From a virus, in the UHGV virus genome UHGV-0197549: a stretch of DNA of 64,000 bases; one strand, written 5' to 3'. Below are positions 47,524 to 58,512 of the stretch, piece after piece (within the stretch, counting starts at the first letter, position 1; each line of letters begins with the position of its first letter). The notes beneath the pieces were generated by a model. The model saw nothing but the letters and a program-made list of their open reading frames with translations, did not search any database and was not told the DNA's origin. Both the position numbers and the translations under genes were made by a program.

Positions 47524-50500
47524 ATGACCCAAATCAAAGATTACCAGGTAAATTACAGCATTAACGTCACCGCTACCGAAGGCGTGCAGGAAGTCGAGAA
47601 ATTCGCCAAGGCGATGAAACAGCTCAGTGACGCCCGCAGCAACTTCATGCCGGCAGTCAATAGCGTCAATGACATGATGCAGCACATCGACAAAGTGTTC
47701 CGCCCCAAGGGCAGGAAGCGGGAATATACCTATAAGTTCGACATCGACACCGGTAAAAGCGAGAAGAAGCTGGAAAGCATCAAGGCGCTACTGACGGATA
47801 TCAAGGAGCTCACAACCGGTATCAACGTGGTCATCAACGCCGGGCAGAAGCTCGACACCAACACCATCCGCTCACAGGCAAAGGCGCTGGTGGGCAAGAA
47901 AGAACTGGAAGCGCAGAAGAGAAGCATCCGCAAGACCGCCTCCCAGTCCCTGAAAACGGTCAATGAGAAACAGCGCGAGGTTACCGGTGTGATCGGCAAA
48001 ATCAACTCCGCCCTTACCAGCCTGGAAGCCGGACGTGAAATCAATATCAGGACCGACGCGGCCAAAAACCGCCTGACGGAAATACTCGGCCTTCTCAGGC
48101 AGATAAAGACGGCATCCGATATCAATATGCCCTTCCGGATGGGTAGCGGCAAAGGAACATCTCCCGCCACTACACCCTTCCAGACCGGCTCCATCCTGAC
48201 GGACAAGGTATGGCAGCGGCAGCAGAAACAGGTTGCCAAAGCCGGTGAAGCCCGCACGATGCGGGAGATAGAAGCCCGGCAGGAAGCGGAATACCAACAG
48301 AACATACAGAAGAAGAAGGATGCCTTCAGGCGTACGAACGAGTGGCTGGAGCGCAGGGCAAAAAATTACGAATACTACGAACGGGCGAAGGTGGAACGTG
48401 TCCTGAAACAGGAACGGGAAGAGGAACGCCGGCAAAAGCGTGAAGCCGCCGGGGCCGCCCGCCGCAAACGGGAACAGGAACGGGAAGAGAAGCGGAACGT
48501 CATGAACTCCGTGCGGAACATGCAGAGGCAGGCCGCCGCAGGTGAAAGCGCCTATGGCGGCAAACGGCGTGCGGCCATCAACCGCCTTCAGTACTCCCGC
48601 CGCCCGTCCATCCGCAGCCTGCCGTTGGTGAACATGTTCAATGCCTACATGGCATACGGGTTCATCAAGTCCGAACTTTCCTCCGCCGTGGATTACAGCA
48701 ATATCATGGAGTCCGCCCGCAGCATCCTCAAGGTGGCTGACAGCGACCTCTCCACATTTGAGACACGCTTCCAACAGATGTCCTATAACGTGCGGAAGAT
48801 CGGTGTGGACACCAAGTTCACCGCCTTGGAGATTGCTTCGGCAGCGAAGTTCCTCGCCATGGCGGGCATGGACATCGCCACCATCAACGCTTCCATGCGC
48901 CCCATCAGCAACCTGGCGCTCATAGGCGACAACGATGTGGGGCTTATCGCCGACTTGACAACGAACATCATGTCCGGCTATAATATCCAAAGCGGCAGCA
49001 TGGGCACCGTGGCCGATATTATCACCTCCACCATCTCCCGTGCGAACGTGAACGTGGTCGAGATGGCGGAAAGCTTCAAGATGGCGTCGGGATACCTGAA
49101 GCTCTCCGGCGTGGACTTTTCCGAAGCAGCGGCGGCTATCGGTATCTTAGGCAATGCGGGCATGAAAGGCACCATGGCGGGAACCGCCCTGCGTGCGATG
49201 TCCACCCGCTTCGCCAAGCCTACCAAACAGGCGGAAGCCACACTGGACAGGCTCGGTGTCAAGTTTACCCGATTCACGGAGATAGCGGGCAAGAAAGTGG
49301 AAAAGCTCCGTCCGCTGGCAGAGATTTTCAAAGACCTTCACGATGCCGGGGCGAGTCTGGAAGATATGATTGCTATTTTCTCAAAGATCGGCGGCAACGC
49401 GGCGATGCAATTCGTGGTGAACTACGACAAGCTCCGGGTACTCACCACGCAGAACCGCGCTTCACACGGCATCTCCGACGAGCTGGCGCTTGTCAAGCAG
49501 AATACGACCAAGGGGCTTTGGGCACAGGTGACATCCACCCTGACGGAAAGCTTCATGCAGGCGTATGAGGTCGTAGAGCCCGTTATCAAAAGCATATTGA
49601 AGGACTTCCTGAGTAAGTTCAAGGCTCCGGAGTTTGCACGGGGCATCGCCTCTATCGGGCGGGCACTGCTGGATGTCTGTTCCGTGCTGGCTAACCTGGG
49701 TACATGGATGGCCCGTAACTTCCACTGGATAGAGCCGCTATTGTTCACCGGCTTTGTCGCTACGAAGATATTCAAACTGGCGGGCGCGGTAACGAACCTG
49801 GGTGTGGCCATCGGCTTTATCGGCAAACAGTCCGTCGCGTCTTCCACGCTCCAGCTTATCGCTTCCCTGACAGGCGGCGGTATCAATGTCAAAGCTTTGT
49901 CCTTCGCCAACAAGCGCAACATTGTCACCGCCCTGCGCGGGGCGGGAATCACGGGTAAAGGGGCCATGATGCAGGCGCTCGCCTCTACCGGCATGGCGGG
50001 GATGGGCGGTCTGACCGCACGCAGCGCCTTTACCTCCCTTTTTGCCAACCAGGTGGTGACCGGAACAGGCATCACAGGAGCCGCCGCCTCGTTGTCCGCC
50101 ATGGGTGCGGGCGCGGTGGCGGCTACCGCAGGCATTGCCGCACTGGTCGGCGCGTTGGGATGGGTCGCTTACAAGACCTGGCAGGTGAAGAAAGCCAAGG
50201 ATGCCGTACTGGAAGAGGTCAATGCCAACGAGAAGTACCGCTATCCTTCCATAGAAGCCCTGCACAACTCGCTACGGGATACATACCTCCAGGCTATCAA
50301 GACCAAGGAGGCGGTGGCGAACGTGACGGAAGGCAAGACGCTGGAAGAGGAATCCGGACAGAAAATCGGCGCGTTCACCGGTGAATGGTGGAGGGCGATG
50401 CTCTCCGGAATGGCAGCCGCCCAGACACATTCGGCACCCGATTATACCTATGATGACGCCTACCAGAAGAATGCGAAGGATGCTATCAACATCATCGCAC

Positions 50501-51351
50501 GCAAGAGCGGGCAGCAGCAGATCATTTCCGCCTATGCGGAGTTAGGCAAGCTCTCCAGCGCTGTGGAAGTAAGCGCATTTATAAAGAACATCGACCATAA
50601 CTACAGGTATAACACCAAGCTGTTGGACAAAAGCCTGTACACGGTAAGAAACGGGCGGGTGTTTTACAATCCCGGCATGGACAGGATTACCGCCCGCCAG
50701 GCCGCGCAGACCCCGCACTTTGCGGGCTACCAGAACACCGAGGTCGTGCGTTCCATCCGTGTCGGTGCGGAAAGCTACCTGGACGCCATACGGTCACAAC
50801 CGGGTGCCATGAAAAGGCTGCGGGAGAGCGGGTTCAGCTTTACCGAGCTGGGCAAGGAGGGGTTCTATATGAAGGACGGGAAATGGCAGCAGAAAGAAGC
50901 CGGAAAAGACGCGACGGAGGAAGAGGTCAGCAACCTGTTAGCCGCCAAAAGGCGTGTACGGGGCAGGCTTATCGAAATGATGAAGACGCTCCGGGAGAAG
51001 TATGGCGGCAGCGAGCAGATGGCGGAGAACATCATCAAAAAAGCGGGGTTCGACACGTCTCTCTATTCCAATGAACCGGGGTATAACGACAATCCCCTGG
51101 ATGCCCTGCGGGTGACTACCGACGGGGCGGATGACGGGATGGCCGGCGGTAACTATTCAGGGACAGGCAAGCTTTCATCCGCCGCACCCAAGCAGGTCAT
51201 CGTACAAATCACCAACCTTCTGAGCGTGGGAACCATCGACCTGATGAAGTCCCCTGAAGGACAGCAGGGGGAGATAAAAGACCTGAAAGAACAACTGGCG
51301 CAGGCACTGATCGACGTGGCGCATGACTTTGACGCATCATGGAATGCATAA
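47524..51351 (+). CDS. tail tape measure protein
   Basis: 1275 aa; coiled-coil N-terminus; central TMP-like segment; C-terminal Gly/Ala-rich hydrophobic stretches. Confidence 0.8.
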   Translation: MTQIKDYQVNYSINVTATEGVQEVEKFAKAMKQLSDARSNFMPAVNSVNDMMQHIDKVFRPKGRKREYTYKFDIDTGKSEKKLESIKALLTDIKELTTGINVVINAGQKLDTNTIRSQAKALVGKKELEAQKRSIRKTASQSLKTVNEKQREVTGVIGKINSALTSLEAGREINIRTDAAKNRLTEILGLLRQIKTASDINMPFRMGSGKGTSPATTPFQTGSILTDKVWQRQQKQVAKAGEARTMREIEARQEAEYQQNIQKKKDAFRRTNEWLERRAKNYEYYERAKVERVLKQEREEERRQKREAAGAARRKREQEREEKRNVMNSVRNMQRQAAAGESAYGGKRRAAINRLQYSRRPSIRSLPLVNMFNAYMAYGFIKSELSSAVDYSNIMESARSILKVADSDLSTFETRFQQMSYNVRKIGVDTKFTALEIASAAKFLAMAGMDIATINASMRPISNLALIGDNDVGLIADLTTNIMSGYNIQSGSMGTVADIITSTISRANVNVVEMAESFKMASGYLKLSGVDFSEAAAAIGILGNAGMKGTMAGTALRAMSTRFAKPTKQAEATLDRLGVKFTRFTEIAGKKVEKLRPLAEIFKDLHDAGASLEDMIAIFSKIGGNAAMQFVVNYDKLRVLTTQNRASHGISDELALVKQNTTKGLWAQVTSTLTESFMQAYEVVEPVIKSILKDFLSKFKAPEFARGIASIGRALLDVCSVLANLGTWMARNFHWIEPLLFTGFVATKIFKLAGAVTNLGVAIGFIGKQSVASSTLQLIASLTGGGINVKALSFANKRNIVTALRGAGITGKGAMMQALASTGMAGMGGLTARSAFTSLFANQVVTGTGITGAAASLSAMGAGAVAATAGIAALVGALGWVAYKTWQVKKAKDAVLEEVNANEKYRYPSIEALHNSLRDTYLQAIKTKEAVANVTEGKTLEEESGQKIGAFTGEWWRAMLSGMAAAQTHSAPDYTYDDAYQKNAKDAINIIARKSGQQQIISAYAELGKLSSAVEVSAFIKNIDHNYRYNTKLLDKSLYTVRNGRVFYNPGMDRITARQAAQTPHFAGYQNTEVVRSIRVGAESYLDAIRSQPGAMKRLRESGFSFTELGKEGFYMKDGKWQQKEAGKDATEEEVSNLLAAKRRVRGRLIEMMKTLREKYGGSEQMAENIIKKAGFDTSLYSNEPGYNDNPLDALRVTTDGADDGMAGGNYSGTGKLSSAAPKQVIVQITNLLSVGTIDLMKSPEGQQGEIKDLKEQLAQALIDVAHDFDASWNA

Positions 51352-51381
51352 TTATTCATATATCAAAAAAACTAACTAATA

Positions 51382-52359
51382 ATGAGCAGACTTATCAATA
51401 TCGGTGTAAGCACCCTGCTGAGCGGCGGCATCATCGGCAGCGGCAGCGCGGAGAACTATGTCAGTGACGCCGCCTGCCATGCCTTGGGCATGGGCTTGTC
51501 ACAGTTTGCCGACGGGCAGGTGCAATACTTCAGCAAGGACAGGCAGATACTTAAACGGGCGCTGGTCCAGACCACCTCGCAGCTTGCCTACGGGATGCTG
51601 CGCTCTTATCCCAGGTACCTGAAATACTGGGAGCAGAAAGAGAGGGACAAATACCTGCAAACCATGTCGCAGACCAGCATCGCCAACAAGACGGGGCAAT
51701 ATTACCAGCTTATCAGCGAGCAGCAGGCGGTCGCCAAAAAGAAGAACTATTCGGATACCGTTGCCGGCAACATCGTTCCGGACTATCTGGAGCTTTCCAT
51801 CAGTGCCGAGGGAATGTATTTTGATACGGAAACCATGAAGATAGAAACCAATTCCAAATACGGTCTGGTCACGTTTGCCGACCTACAGCCGCAGGTACAG
51901 GTCAGCAGCAAGAACAACATCGTCCTGACGACCGTTCAGGGACGGGATTATACCCGGAAGGAATTTATTTCCGGAGGCGACCTGGAAGTAAATATCAGCG
52001 GCAAGATTACAAGCAAATATCCCGATGTGTACCCGGAAGCCGAAGTCAGCAAGTTCCTCAAGCTGATGCAGTACAAGGGGGTGATAGAGTGTGACAACAC
52101 CATCCTGCGCCAGTTCAGAATCGAAAAGCTGATTGTGCTCAACTACTCCTTCCCGGCAAGCGACTGCCGTAACATCCAGCCTTATACGCTTTCCTGCGTG
52201 GCGGTGGAGCCTTCGGAGGCGGTGGAACTGAAACTGGCATCCCAAGAGAAGGTGGACACTGCCATCAAACATACGAACAAATGGATTAAGCTCGCGCAGT
52301 TCGGGACAAAGGTAGTAGATCCTTCCTCACTCTTAACACTTACCAAACAATGGCTGTAA
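51382..52359 (+). CDS. tail or baseplate protein (putative)
   Basis: Position directly after the tape measure gene. Confidence 0.45.
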   Translation: MSRLINIGVSTLLSGGIIGSGSAENYVSDAACHALGMGLSQFADGQVQYFSKDRQILKRALVQTTSQLAYGMLRSYPRYLKYWEQKERDKYLQTMSQTSIANKTGQYYQLISEQQAVAKKKNYSDTVAGNIVPDYLELSISAEGMYFDTETMKIETNSKYGLVTFADLQPQVQVSSKNNIVLTTVQGRDYTRKEFISGGDLEVNISGKITSKYPDVYPEAEVSKFLKLMQYKGVIECDNTILRQFRIEKLIVLNYSFPASDCRNIQPYTLSCVAVEPSEAVELKLASQEKVDTAIKHTNKWIKLAQFGTKVVDPSSLLTLTKQWL

Positions 52360-53669
52360 ATACACTGGACGTACTATGCTGTAAAATAACCATCGGGGAT
52401 GCGGACCCGGCTAACCCGATGGCGATTCAGGACCCGGTTGTCCTGACCGAGGTGCAGGAGATAGAGATCGTGGAAACCTATAAGAAGCTGACAGGAACCG
52501 CCAGGGTAATACTTCCCAAAGGGACGGTTTACCAAAGCACCATCATCGGCAATGCGACGTTGGAAGGCAACGACGCCTCACGCATCACCACGGAAGTGAT
52601 GGAAGACGGGGTAATCATTGAAAAGAGAAGTTCACAGGCGGCTGTGGGGAAGGATACCTTTCATACCGGGCAGAGAATCAACATCAAGCTGGGCTACAAC
52701 GGCATCCTGAAGAATATGTTTGACGGCTATGTCACCGCCTATAATTCCGACAGCCTGTTCGAACTCCGGTGCGAGAACATGGCTTACAAGCTTAAACTCA
52801 AACAGGCTCCCAAGTTCGAGACACCGCTATCCACCAAGGTGAATGATGTATTGGGAGACAAATACAACCTGCTTAAAGATACGGGCTTTGAGATACACAG
52901 CGAAACCAGGCGGTTCGACATCAACATCGGCAAGGTCAAGATTACGGATAACTTCACGGTCGCCGACGTGCTGAACGACTGGAGCAAGTACAGGGTGTAT
53001 TGCTTTTTGAAGTATGATGAGAACTCGCCCGATGCGATGCCCCGGATTGCCGTAGGGCGTCCCTATTCATCTTCAAAGGCGCAACCGTCCTTTCCGGGAA
53101 GCGACAATACGATGCCTTACAGGATATGCTTCAACTACCATGTGGCGGAAAGCAACCTGAAAGTCTTGAAGGTGGACCCGAAGTTCCTGGCCGTTACCGC
53201 CAAGGCATTGGGAACGGACGAGAAGTTCTTCGAAGTGACGGTACGCCTGAATCCCGACTATGACGCGGGCAAAGCCGGAAGCAAGGAGTTCCAGACCATC
53301 AATGCCACGCAGATCAGTAAAAAGACGCATAAGGTAACCGGCAATACGACGGCATCGGGAGCCGCTACCAAAACAAAAGTGGACTTGAGCACCTATACGG
53401 TAGTGCCTTATATGTCACCGAACATGAGGATAGATTCGGATAAACTGGTGGAGGAAGCCATTGAATATTTCAAGAACTACAACCTGAACGGGATAACCGG
53501 AAGCGTGACAATCTTCGGTGACTTCGGGCTGCCTTCCGCCGTTCAGGTGGAACTGATAGACGATCTGAACCCGAGCAAAAACGGGGTGTATATCGTGGAA
53601 GAGGTAAAAACGATCTTCGGAACCAAGGGGTACAGGCAGGTTGTAAAGTTGCCTTACAAAGTAAAATAA
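52350..53669 (+). CDS. baseplate hub / late control D-like protein (putative)
   Basis: 439 aa; position in module; overlaps the upstream stop. Confidence 0.4.
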   Translation: MAVNTLDVLCCKITIGDADPANPMAIQDPVVLTEVQEIEIVETYKKLTGTARVILPKGTVYQSTIIGNATLEGNDASRITTEVMEDGVIIEKRSSQAAVGKDTFHTGQRINIKLGYNGILKNMFDGYVTAYNSDSLFELRCENMAYKLKLKQAPKFETPLSTKVNDVLGDKYNLLKDTGFEIHSETRRFDINIGKVKITDNFTVADVLNDWSKYRVYCFLKYDENSPDAMPRIAVGRPYSSSKAQPSFPGSDNTMPYRICFNYHVAESNLKVLKVDPKFLAVTAKALGTDEKFFEVTVRLNPDYDAGKAGSKEFQTINATQISKKTHKVTGNTTASGAATKTKVDLSTYTVVPYMSPNMRIDSDKLVEEAIEYFKNYNLNGITGSVTIFGDFGLPSAVQVELIDDLNPSKNGVYIVEEVKTIFGTKGYRQVVKLPYKVK

Positions 53670-53687
53670 ACAGAAAAAGACAAAACA

Positions 53688-54581
53688 ATGGAAAACACAA
53701 GTAACGGCAGCCGGCAAGTGATAACCGAAGCTATCCGTAAGATAGCATTAGGACGGAGCATGGAACGTATCGACATGGCTCCCGGAGGGACAAGCGGTAT
53801 CGGAACCGCACGTATGATTCACGGCTATGTCGCCAAAGTACATGACAATCCGGGTGACAGTGAATACGAAGAGTATGCCGGAACGGTTGATGTGGGCGAG
53901 TTTCCCGACGAGACGGCATCTTCCGAACCGGTCATCCACAAAGGTGTATTGCTTGCCGGGCTTAAAGACAACTCCGGCGGGTTCCTGATAATCCCGACCT
54001 TATTCTCGGACGTAACCATCGTAACGGATGCGGCGACGAAGTATGCTTATGTGCTGAACTATTCCCACGCAAAGGTTATCCAACTTAGTTCCCACGACGA
54101 AACGGTTATCGGCGTGACAGAAACGGAAGAACTGGACACGGGAAGCAATGACTCTCCCGATTATGACGAGCTGGAGAAGACGGGAAATGAAAGCTCCACC
54201 CGGTACACGGCGGAAAAGATAACCACCACCGTAAAGAACAAGAACGGAAAGGAAGCCAGCCGGACGATAGAGCCGGAGCTAATCAGTACAAAGGTAGACA
54301 AATCCGAAGTAACGCAGACAACGGATAAGATACAGCAGAAAGTGGGAAGTACGACTGTTACCCTTGCCGACAAGAAAGTGGCACTCGGAGATGAGAACGC
54401 TACCGAACCGTTGGTATTGGGCAACCAGCTTGCACAGTTGATGCTGGAGTTCCTGACCGAGTGCAGCAAGATAACGACCCCTACACTGATGGGAACCATG
54501 CCCGCCGTCAATGTGCCGAACTTCGCTTCACTCATTTCCAAGATACAGAATTTTCTCTCTAAAACCTCCTATACCCAATGA
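53688..54581 (+). CDS. baseplate or spike protein (putative)
   Basis: ORF in module; 4-bp overlap with the next gene. Confidence 0.4.
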   Translation: MENTSNGSRQVITEAIRKIALGRSMERIDMAPGGTSGIGTARMIHGYVAKVHDNPGDSEYEEYAGTVDVGEFPDETASSEPVIHKGVLLAGLKDNSGGFLIIPTLFSDVTIVTDAATKYAYVLNYSHAKVIQLSSHDETVIGVTETEELDTGSNDSPDYDELEKTGNESSTRYTAEKITTTVKNKNGKEASRTIEPELISTKVDKSEVTQTTDKIQQKVGSTTVTLADKKVALGDENATEPLVLGNQLAQLMLEFLTECSKITTPTLMGTMPAVNVPNFASLISKIQNFLSKTSYTQ

Positions 54582-56218
54582 CAGAACTCTTACCCGGCAT
54601 CAGGGAACTGGACAAGGACAGCCTTTGTCACGCCATCTATTCCCAGCTTTACCATAACTTTTTCAATGCACAGGATGCCGGAACCGTCACCGAAGGCGAC
54701 CAGACTTCCATTCGCTTGCGCAATACGGCTTATAACTTTGCCAGTGCCATCGCTTCGGGCGTCACCGGTGAAGGCGGTGGTGAGAGTGGCGGTGTCCTTT
54801 TGGCTTTCCTGAAGAAAAGCGGTGGCGATATGAGCGGGTTGTTACGTGCGGGCAACGGTTTTGAAGCTGGCATAGCCAATGAACGCATCCTACATATATA
54901 TAAGGTAGGACAAGAACGGGGCGTTGCCGTTTCCGGCAACCTGAAAATCGGTGGGAATCTGTACCTGAACGGTAAACAGGTGCTCTCTTATGATTCCGGT
55001 ACCCATACCGCAACATTGGAAAGCACACGGGTTGATTTCGGAAGCTCCCTTCTCAGGGGAGCCGGTGAGCTTCTTATCGGAGAGGATAAGGAGACGGGCA
55101 TCTACATGACACCGGCACTGTTGCAGGTAGGTGGCAGGAATGTGTATCATGCGGGCAATGCCAACCGGACGGACATTTCATGGAGTATGCTGGACGCCTC
55201 TGTTTCGGGAAAACTTCAGGTAACGGGTACTGCGGACATACAAGGCGTCCTGACAGCGGAACAGGGGGTCAATCTGGGCGCAGCCGGTAAGACGGTACTT
55301 TCCATCCATTCCGATACGGCTGACCTTAGCGGCTATCTTTCCTTTTCCCAAGGGCATGGCATCAAAATCGGCGGTTCTCCCGTCCTTATCCGGCTGGATG
55401 ACAAGGATATCCAGCTTGCGGCAGCGGGTGGAGACTTACTTTTGGGTAATGAATCCACTAATAAAATCCGTTTGCAATCGGACTTATGGGATATTGACGG
55501 AGATACGATGCTAATCAGCAAGTACGGCTCTGCCTGTTTTCCCGGTTCACTTACCGTCAGGCATAATTACGGGGATAATCTGCTCACATCCTATCACAAG
55601 GATAAACAGGATGAAGGGATTGTCATTCATAAACGGTTGCGCTGGGGAAACTCTTCGGGTGCTTACCTGTATGGCAAAGACGATGCGCTTCATTTCGCTT
55701 CAAGGGTTTACCGCACGGACAGCGCGAACGGCCAGACGAGCCCTTACCCTTATGAGACTGCCTTCTCGTTTGTCCCTTCCACCAGCCTTTACAAACGGCA
55801 GGACCGGCACTCCGACACTTTTTGTCTCCATACGGACGCTGATTTCTTCGGTTTTAATAAACCGCTCGAAGCATCCGGACATATCGGCATTGACGGTTCA
55901 TTCACCCGGCTGGCGGACAAGACGCTATTCTTCAGCGCAGAGAGTTATCTGCTTTCCGTGTCAAACGGCATCCGGCATTATGGGGATGCTTACTTCATGG
56001 GCGGTATCAGCAGTGAGTTTTTCTCTTCGGGCTTTGCGGGCTCCGGCTGGGCCATCCTGAAGAACAAGGCTACGGGCAGCATACAGGCTACCTTTGACGA
56101 GGTGGTCGTCCGCAGGAAAATGCGCGTCTATGAGCTGGAAGTCCAGAAAAACACCGCTACCAACGGCTCCCTATGGGTAACGGACAGTTGCAGCGGTGAT
56201 ATGGTCATACCACTTTAA
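54578..56218 (+). CDS. baseplate protein (putative)
   Basis: 546 aa ORF in module. Confidence 0.45.
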   Translation: MTELLPGIRELDKDSLCHAIYSQLYHNFFNAQDAGTVTEGDQTSIRLRNTAYNFASAIASGVTGEGGGESGGVLLAFLKKSGGDMSGLLRAGNGFEAGIANERILHIYKVGQERGVAVSGNLKIGGNLYLNGKQVLSYDSGTHTATLESTRVDFGSSLLRGAGELLIGEDKETGIYMTPALLQVGGRNVYHAGNANRTDISWSMLDASVSGKLQVTGTADIQGVLTAEQGVNLGAAGKTVLSIHSDTADLSGYLSFSQGHGIKIGGSPVLIRLDDKDIQLAAAGGDLLLGNESTNKIRLQSDLWDIDGDTMLISKYGSACFPGSLTVRHNYGDNLLTSYHKDKQDEGIVIHKRLRWGNSSGAYLYGKDDALHFASRVYRTDSANGQTSPYPYETAFSFVPSTSLYKRQDRHSDTFCLHTDADFFGFNKPLEASGHIGIDGSFTRLADKTLFFSAESYLLSVSNGIRHYGDAYFMGGISSEFFSSGFAGSGWAILKNKATGSIQATFDEVVVRRKMRVYELEVQKNTATNGSLWVTDSCSGDMVIPL

Positions 56219-56232
56219 TTTAACCTTAAACG

Positions 56233-58494
56233 ATGTCTCTACTTAATTACAACCGATATAAGATATGTATCTCCCCCAAGTCCGCCAAAAGGCAGGGACT
56301 CCGTACGGGTGATGTGGTAAGGCGGCAGTATTTCGACGGAAAGAATGTCGTCTACTCCCTGATGGCCGTACTGGAAACAGGCATTGACCGAATAACCACA
56401 TTGGAAGGGGAAGAACAGGAGTCTCCTTACTTTATAGGAGCGTTACTGGATGGGGATGTGCCCCAAAACGGGCAGATACTCGACTTTGTACGGGTAACCA
56501 ATCTTTTCGATGAAGACCGCAGCGGTGCCATGTACCTGACTGCATCGGACAGCCAGTCCCCTTACATGGACGTGATTGACGGCATGGCGCAGGAGAAGTC
56601 CCTGTGTTATCCCCGGGGTGACAACGGCTGCCGGTATACGCTCACGACCGGAGGAAGACTTTCCGGAGAATACCTGCCATACAAGGACGGTTGCAGCCGG
56701 GTGTTCAGCATCCTCTGTAACGGAATCCCGTTACAAGGTAAATGCGGACTGGAGCAAACGATTGGCAAAGGATTGGAGAACCCGGAAAGGATTCTCATTT
56801 CTTATAAGATACGCGCTTCCAGGGATTTTCCGTCACTTCCCTTCTCTTTAGGATATGCTGACGGCACTGAAACAGACGGAAGCGGTATGGTGGCGGTATC
56901 AACCCTCTGGCAGTACAAGCTTGCTATCATCACCATAGACTATCTTCCCGAATACGAACGGAGTTTCAGGTTGGATTTATCCGACCTGGAACCGGGCGAC
57001 CGGTGCGAGATAGCCGAACTGAACATCATCCGGCTTTCGGACATAGCCACCTTCGCAGACTCAACGAAGGCCCGTGTGGGCAAAGTCCAGGGAATTATCG
57101 ACCCGACCTTCGGACGATTGGAAGGTTACGGCGCTTACTTCCAACGGCTCTATGCGACACGGGATGTAAACATAGCCGGCACCTTGACCGCCGGTGACGA
57201 AACGGGCTTTGCCAGCACTTTCTATGTAGGACGCATCCATAAGAATTGCCTGATAAACTCGCTGTACGGCAACTTTCTGCATCCGGTAGAAAGGGCTATC
57301 GGTGAACAACCGCCTGCCGGTATCGGGGATGTCTTTCTGATTCCGGCTGACGGTGTTATGTTGGTCGCCCAAACACAAAGCTGGGCGGAGACGCATCAGG
57401 GAGAAAAGTATTGCTTCTCCTTTTGGGCAAAAGGGATATCCGGTACTTTGACAGTCTCCCGGAACGGGCACCCGCTACAGGAGATAGAAATAGAGAATCA
57501 GTGGAAACGTTATCACATACCGTTTGTTATCGGCTATGAAGAGCCGGAAGATTTGCTGATAGAAATTACGACGGATACCACCGGAGTCCTGTTCTGCTGC
57601 GCCCAACTTGAAAAAGGGGAACGGGCAACGCTCTACCAGGCAACAGACGGCAAGCTGGCGGATACGGACGGGTACGGGGCGTGGTTTGCAAGGGGCGGCA
57701 TCGGCGGCACGATACAGAACCCGCTCCTTAAACTCAATGCGGACGGCTCCATCTCTGCCGGTGACGGTTCATTCGTTATCAACCGCGACGGTACGGGCTA
57801 CTTTGCGGAAGGACGGTTCAAGTGGACAAAGGACACCATCACTTTACAGGATGTTACTATCCGTTGGGAAGACTTTGACGACCAGGCAAAAGAAAACCTG
57901 CTTACCAAATATGTAACAATCACCGGGACGAACCTCTTCCATTACACGGACGCCCTTCAGGAAGATGCCTGCGAACCCAAGGAAATCACCCTCTTTGCCA
58001 CTGAATACAACTTCACGGCGACGGCAAGGAGATGGCAGTACATGGGAAGTGAGGGGAACTGGAAGGACATGCCGGGAACTGATTCGGACTATCTTAAATT
58101 ACTACCTGCTTCACATTTCTGGGAAGACAGGGATGTATTGACCCTTAGATACATCGCTACGCTGGATGAATCCGAATATGTTGAGTCCTTCACCATTTCT
58201 AAACAATATGACGGTGCGGACAGCTATTCCGTCTATATCGCTTCTACTGGTGGGAACGTATTCCGCAACGGTATCATTTCAACCACCTTGTCTGCCCGCG
58301 TACTCAAAGGTGGCGAGGACATTACGGAACGGATACCGGAAAAGAACTTTCTCTGGACACGTACCGGCAATGATGCGGCGGACGACGACCTCTGGAACTC
58401 CGTTACCCATACCGGCAAGACACTGGAGATAACCGGTGAGGACGTCTATCGCAAGGCGGTATTTGACTGTGAAGTAATTATCTCAACCCAATAA
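56233..58494 (+). CDS. large baseplate or tail-fibre-associated protein (753 aa)
   Basis: ORF in module. Confidence 0.45.
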   Translation: MSLLNYNRYKICISPKSAKRQGLRTGDVVRRQYFDGKNVVYSLMAVLETGIDRITTLEGEEQESPYFIGALLDGDVPQNGQILDFVRVTNLFDEDRSGAMYLTASDSQSPYMDVIDGMAQEKSLCYPRGDNGCRYTLTTGGRLSGEYLPYKDGCSRVFSILCNGIPLQGKCGLEQTIGKGLENPERILISYKIRASRDFPSLPFSLGYADGTETDGSGMVAVSTLWQYKLAIITIDYLPEYERSFRLDLSDLEPGDRCEIAELNIIRLSDIATFADSTKARVGKVQGIIDPTFGRLEGYGAYFQRLYATRDVNIAGTLTAGDETGFASTFYVGRIHKNCLINSLYGNFLHPVERAIGEQPPAGIGDVFLIPADGVMLVAQTQSWAETHQGEKYCFSFWAKGISGTLTVSRNGHPLQEIEIENQWKRYHIPFVIGYEEPEDLLIEITTDTTGVLFCCAQLEKGERATLYQATDGKLADTDGYGAWFARGGIGGTIQNPLLKLNADGSISAGDGSFVINRDGTGYFAEGRFKWTKDTITLQDVTIRWEDFDDQAKENLLTKYVTITGTNLFHYTDALQEDACEPKEITLFATEYNFTATARRWQYMGSEGNWKDMPGTDSDYLKLLPASHFWEDRDVLTLRYIATLDESEYVESFTISKQYDGADSYSVYIASTGGNVFRNGIISTTLSARVLKGGEDITERIPEKNFLWTRTGNDAADDDLWNSVTHTGKTLEITGEDVYRKAVFDCEVIISTQ

Positions 58495-58512
58495 CTTAAA
58501 CCTAAATCAACT

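Noticed and set aside
47730-50384. Overlapping minus- and plus-strand ORFs inside the tape-measure gene
   Set aside because: These are alternative-frame artefacts of the GC-rich, Ala/Gly-rich tape-measure sequence. The 1275-aa plus-strand frame is clearly the real gene.
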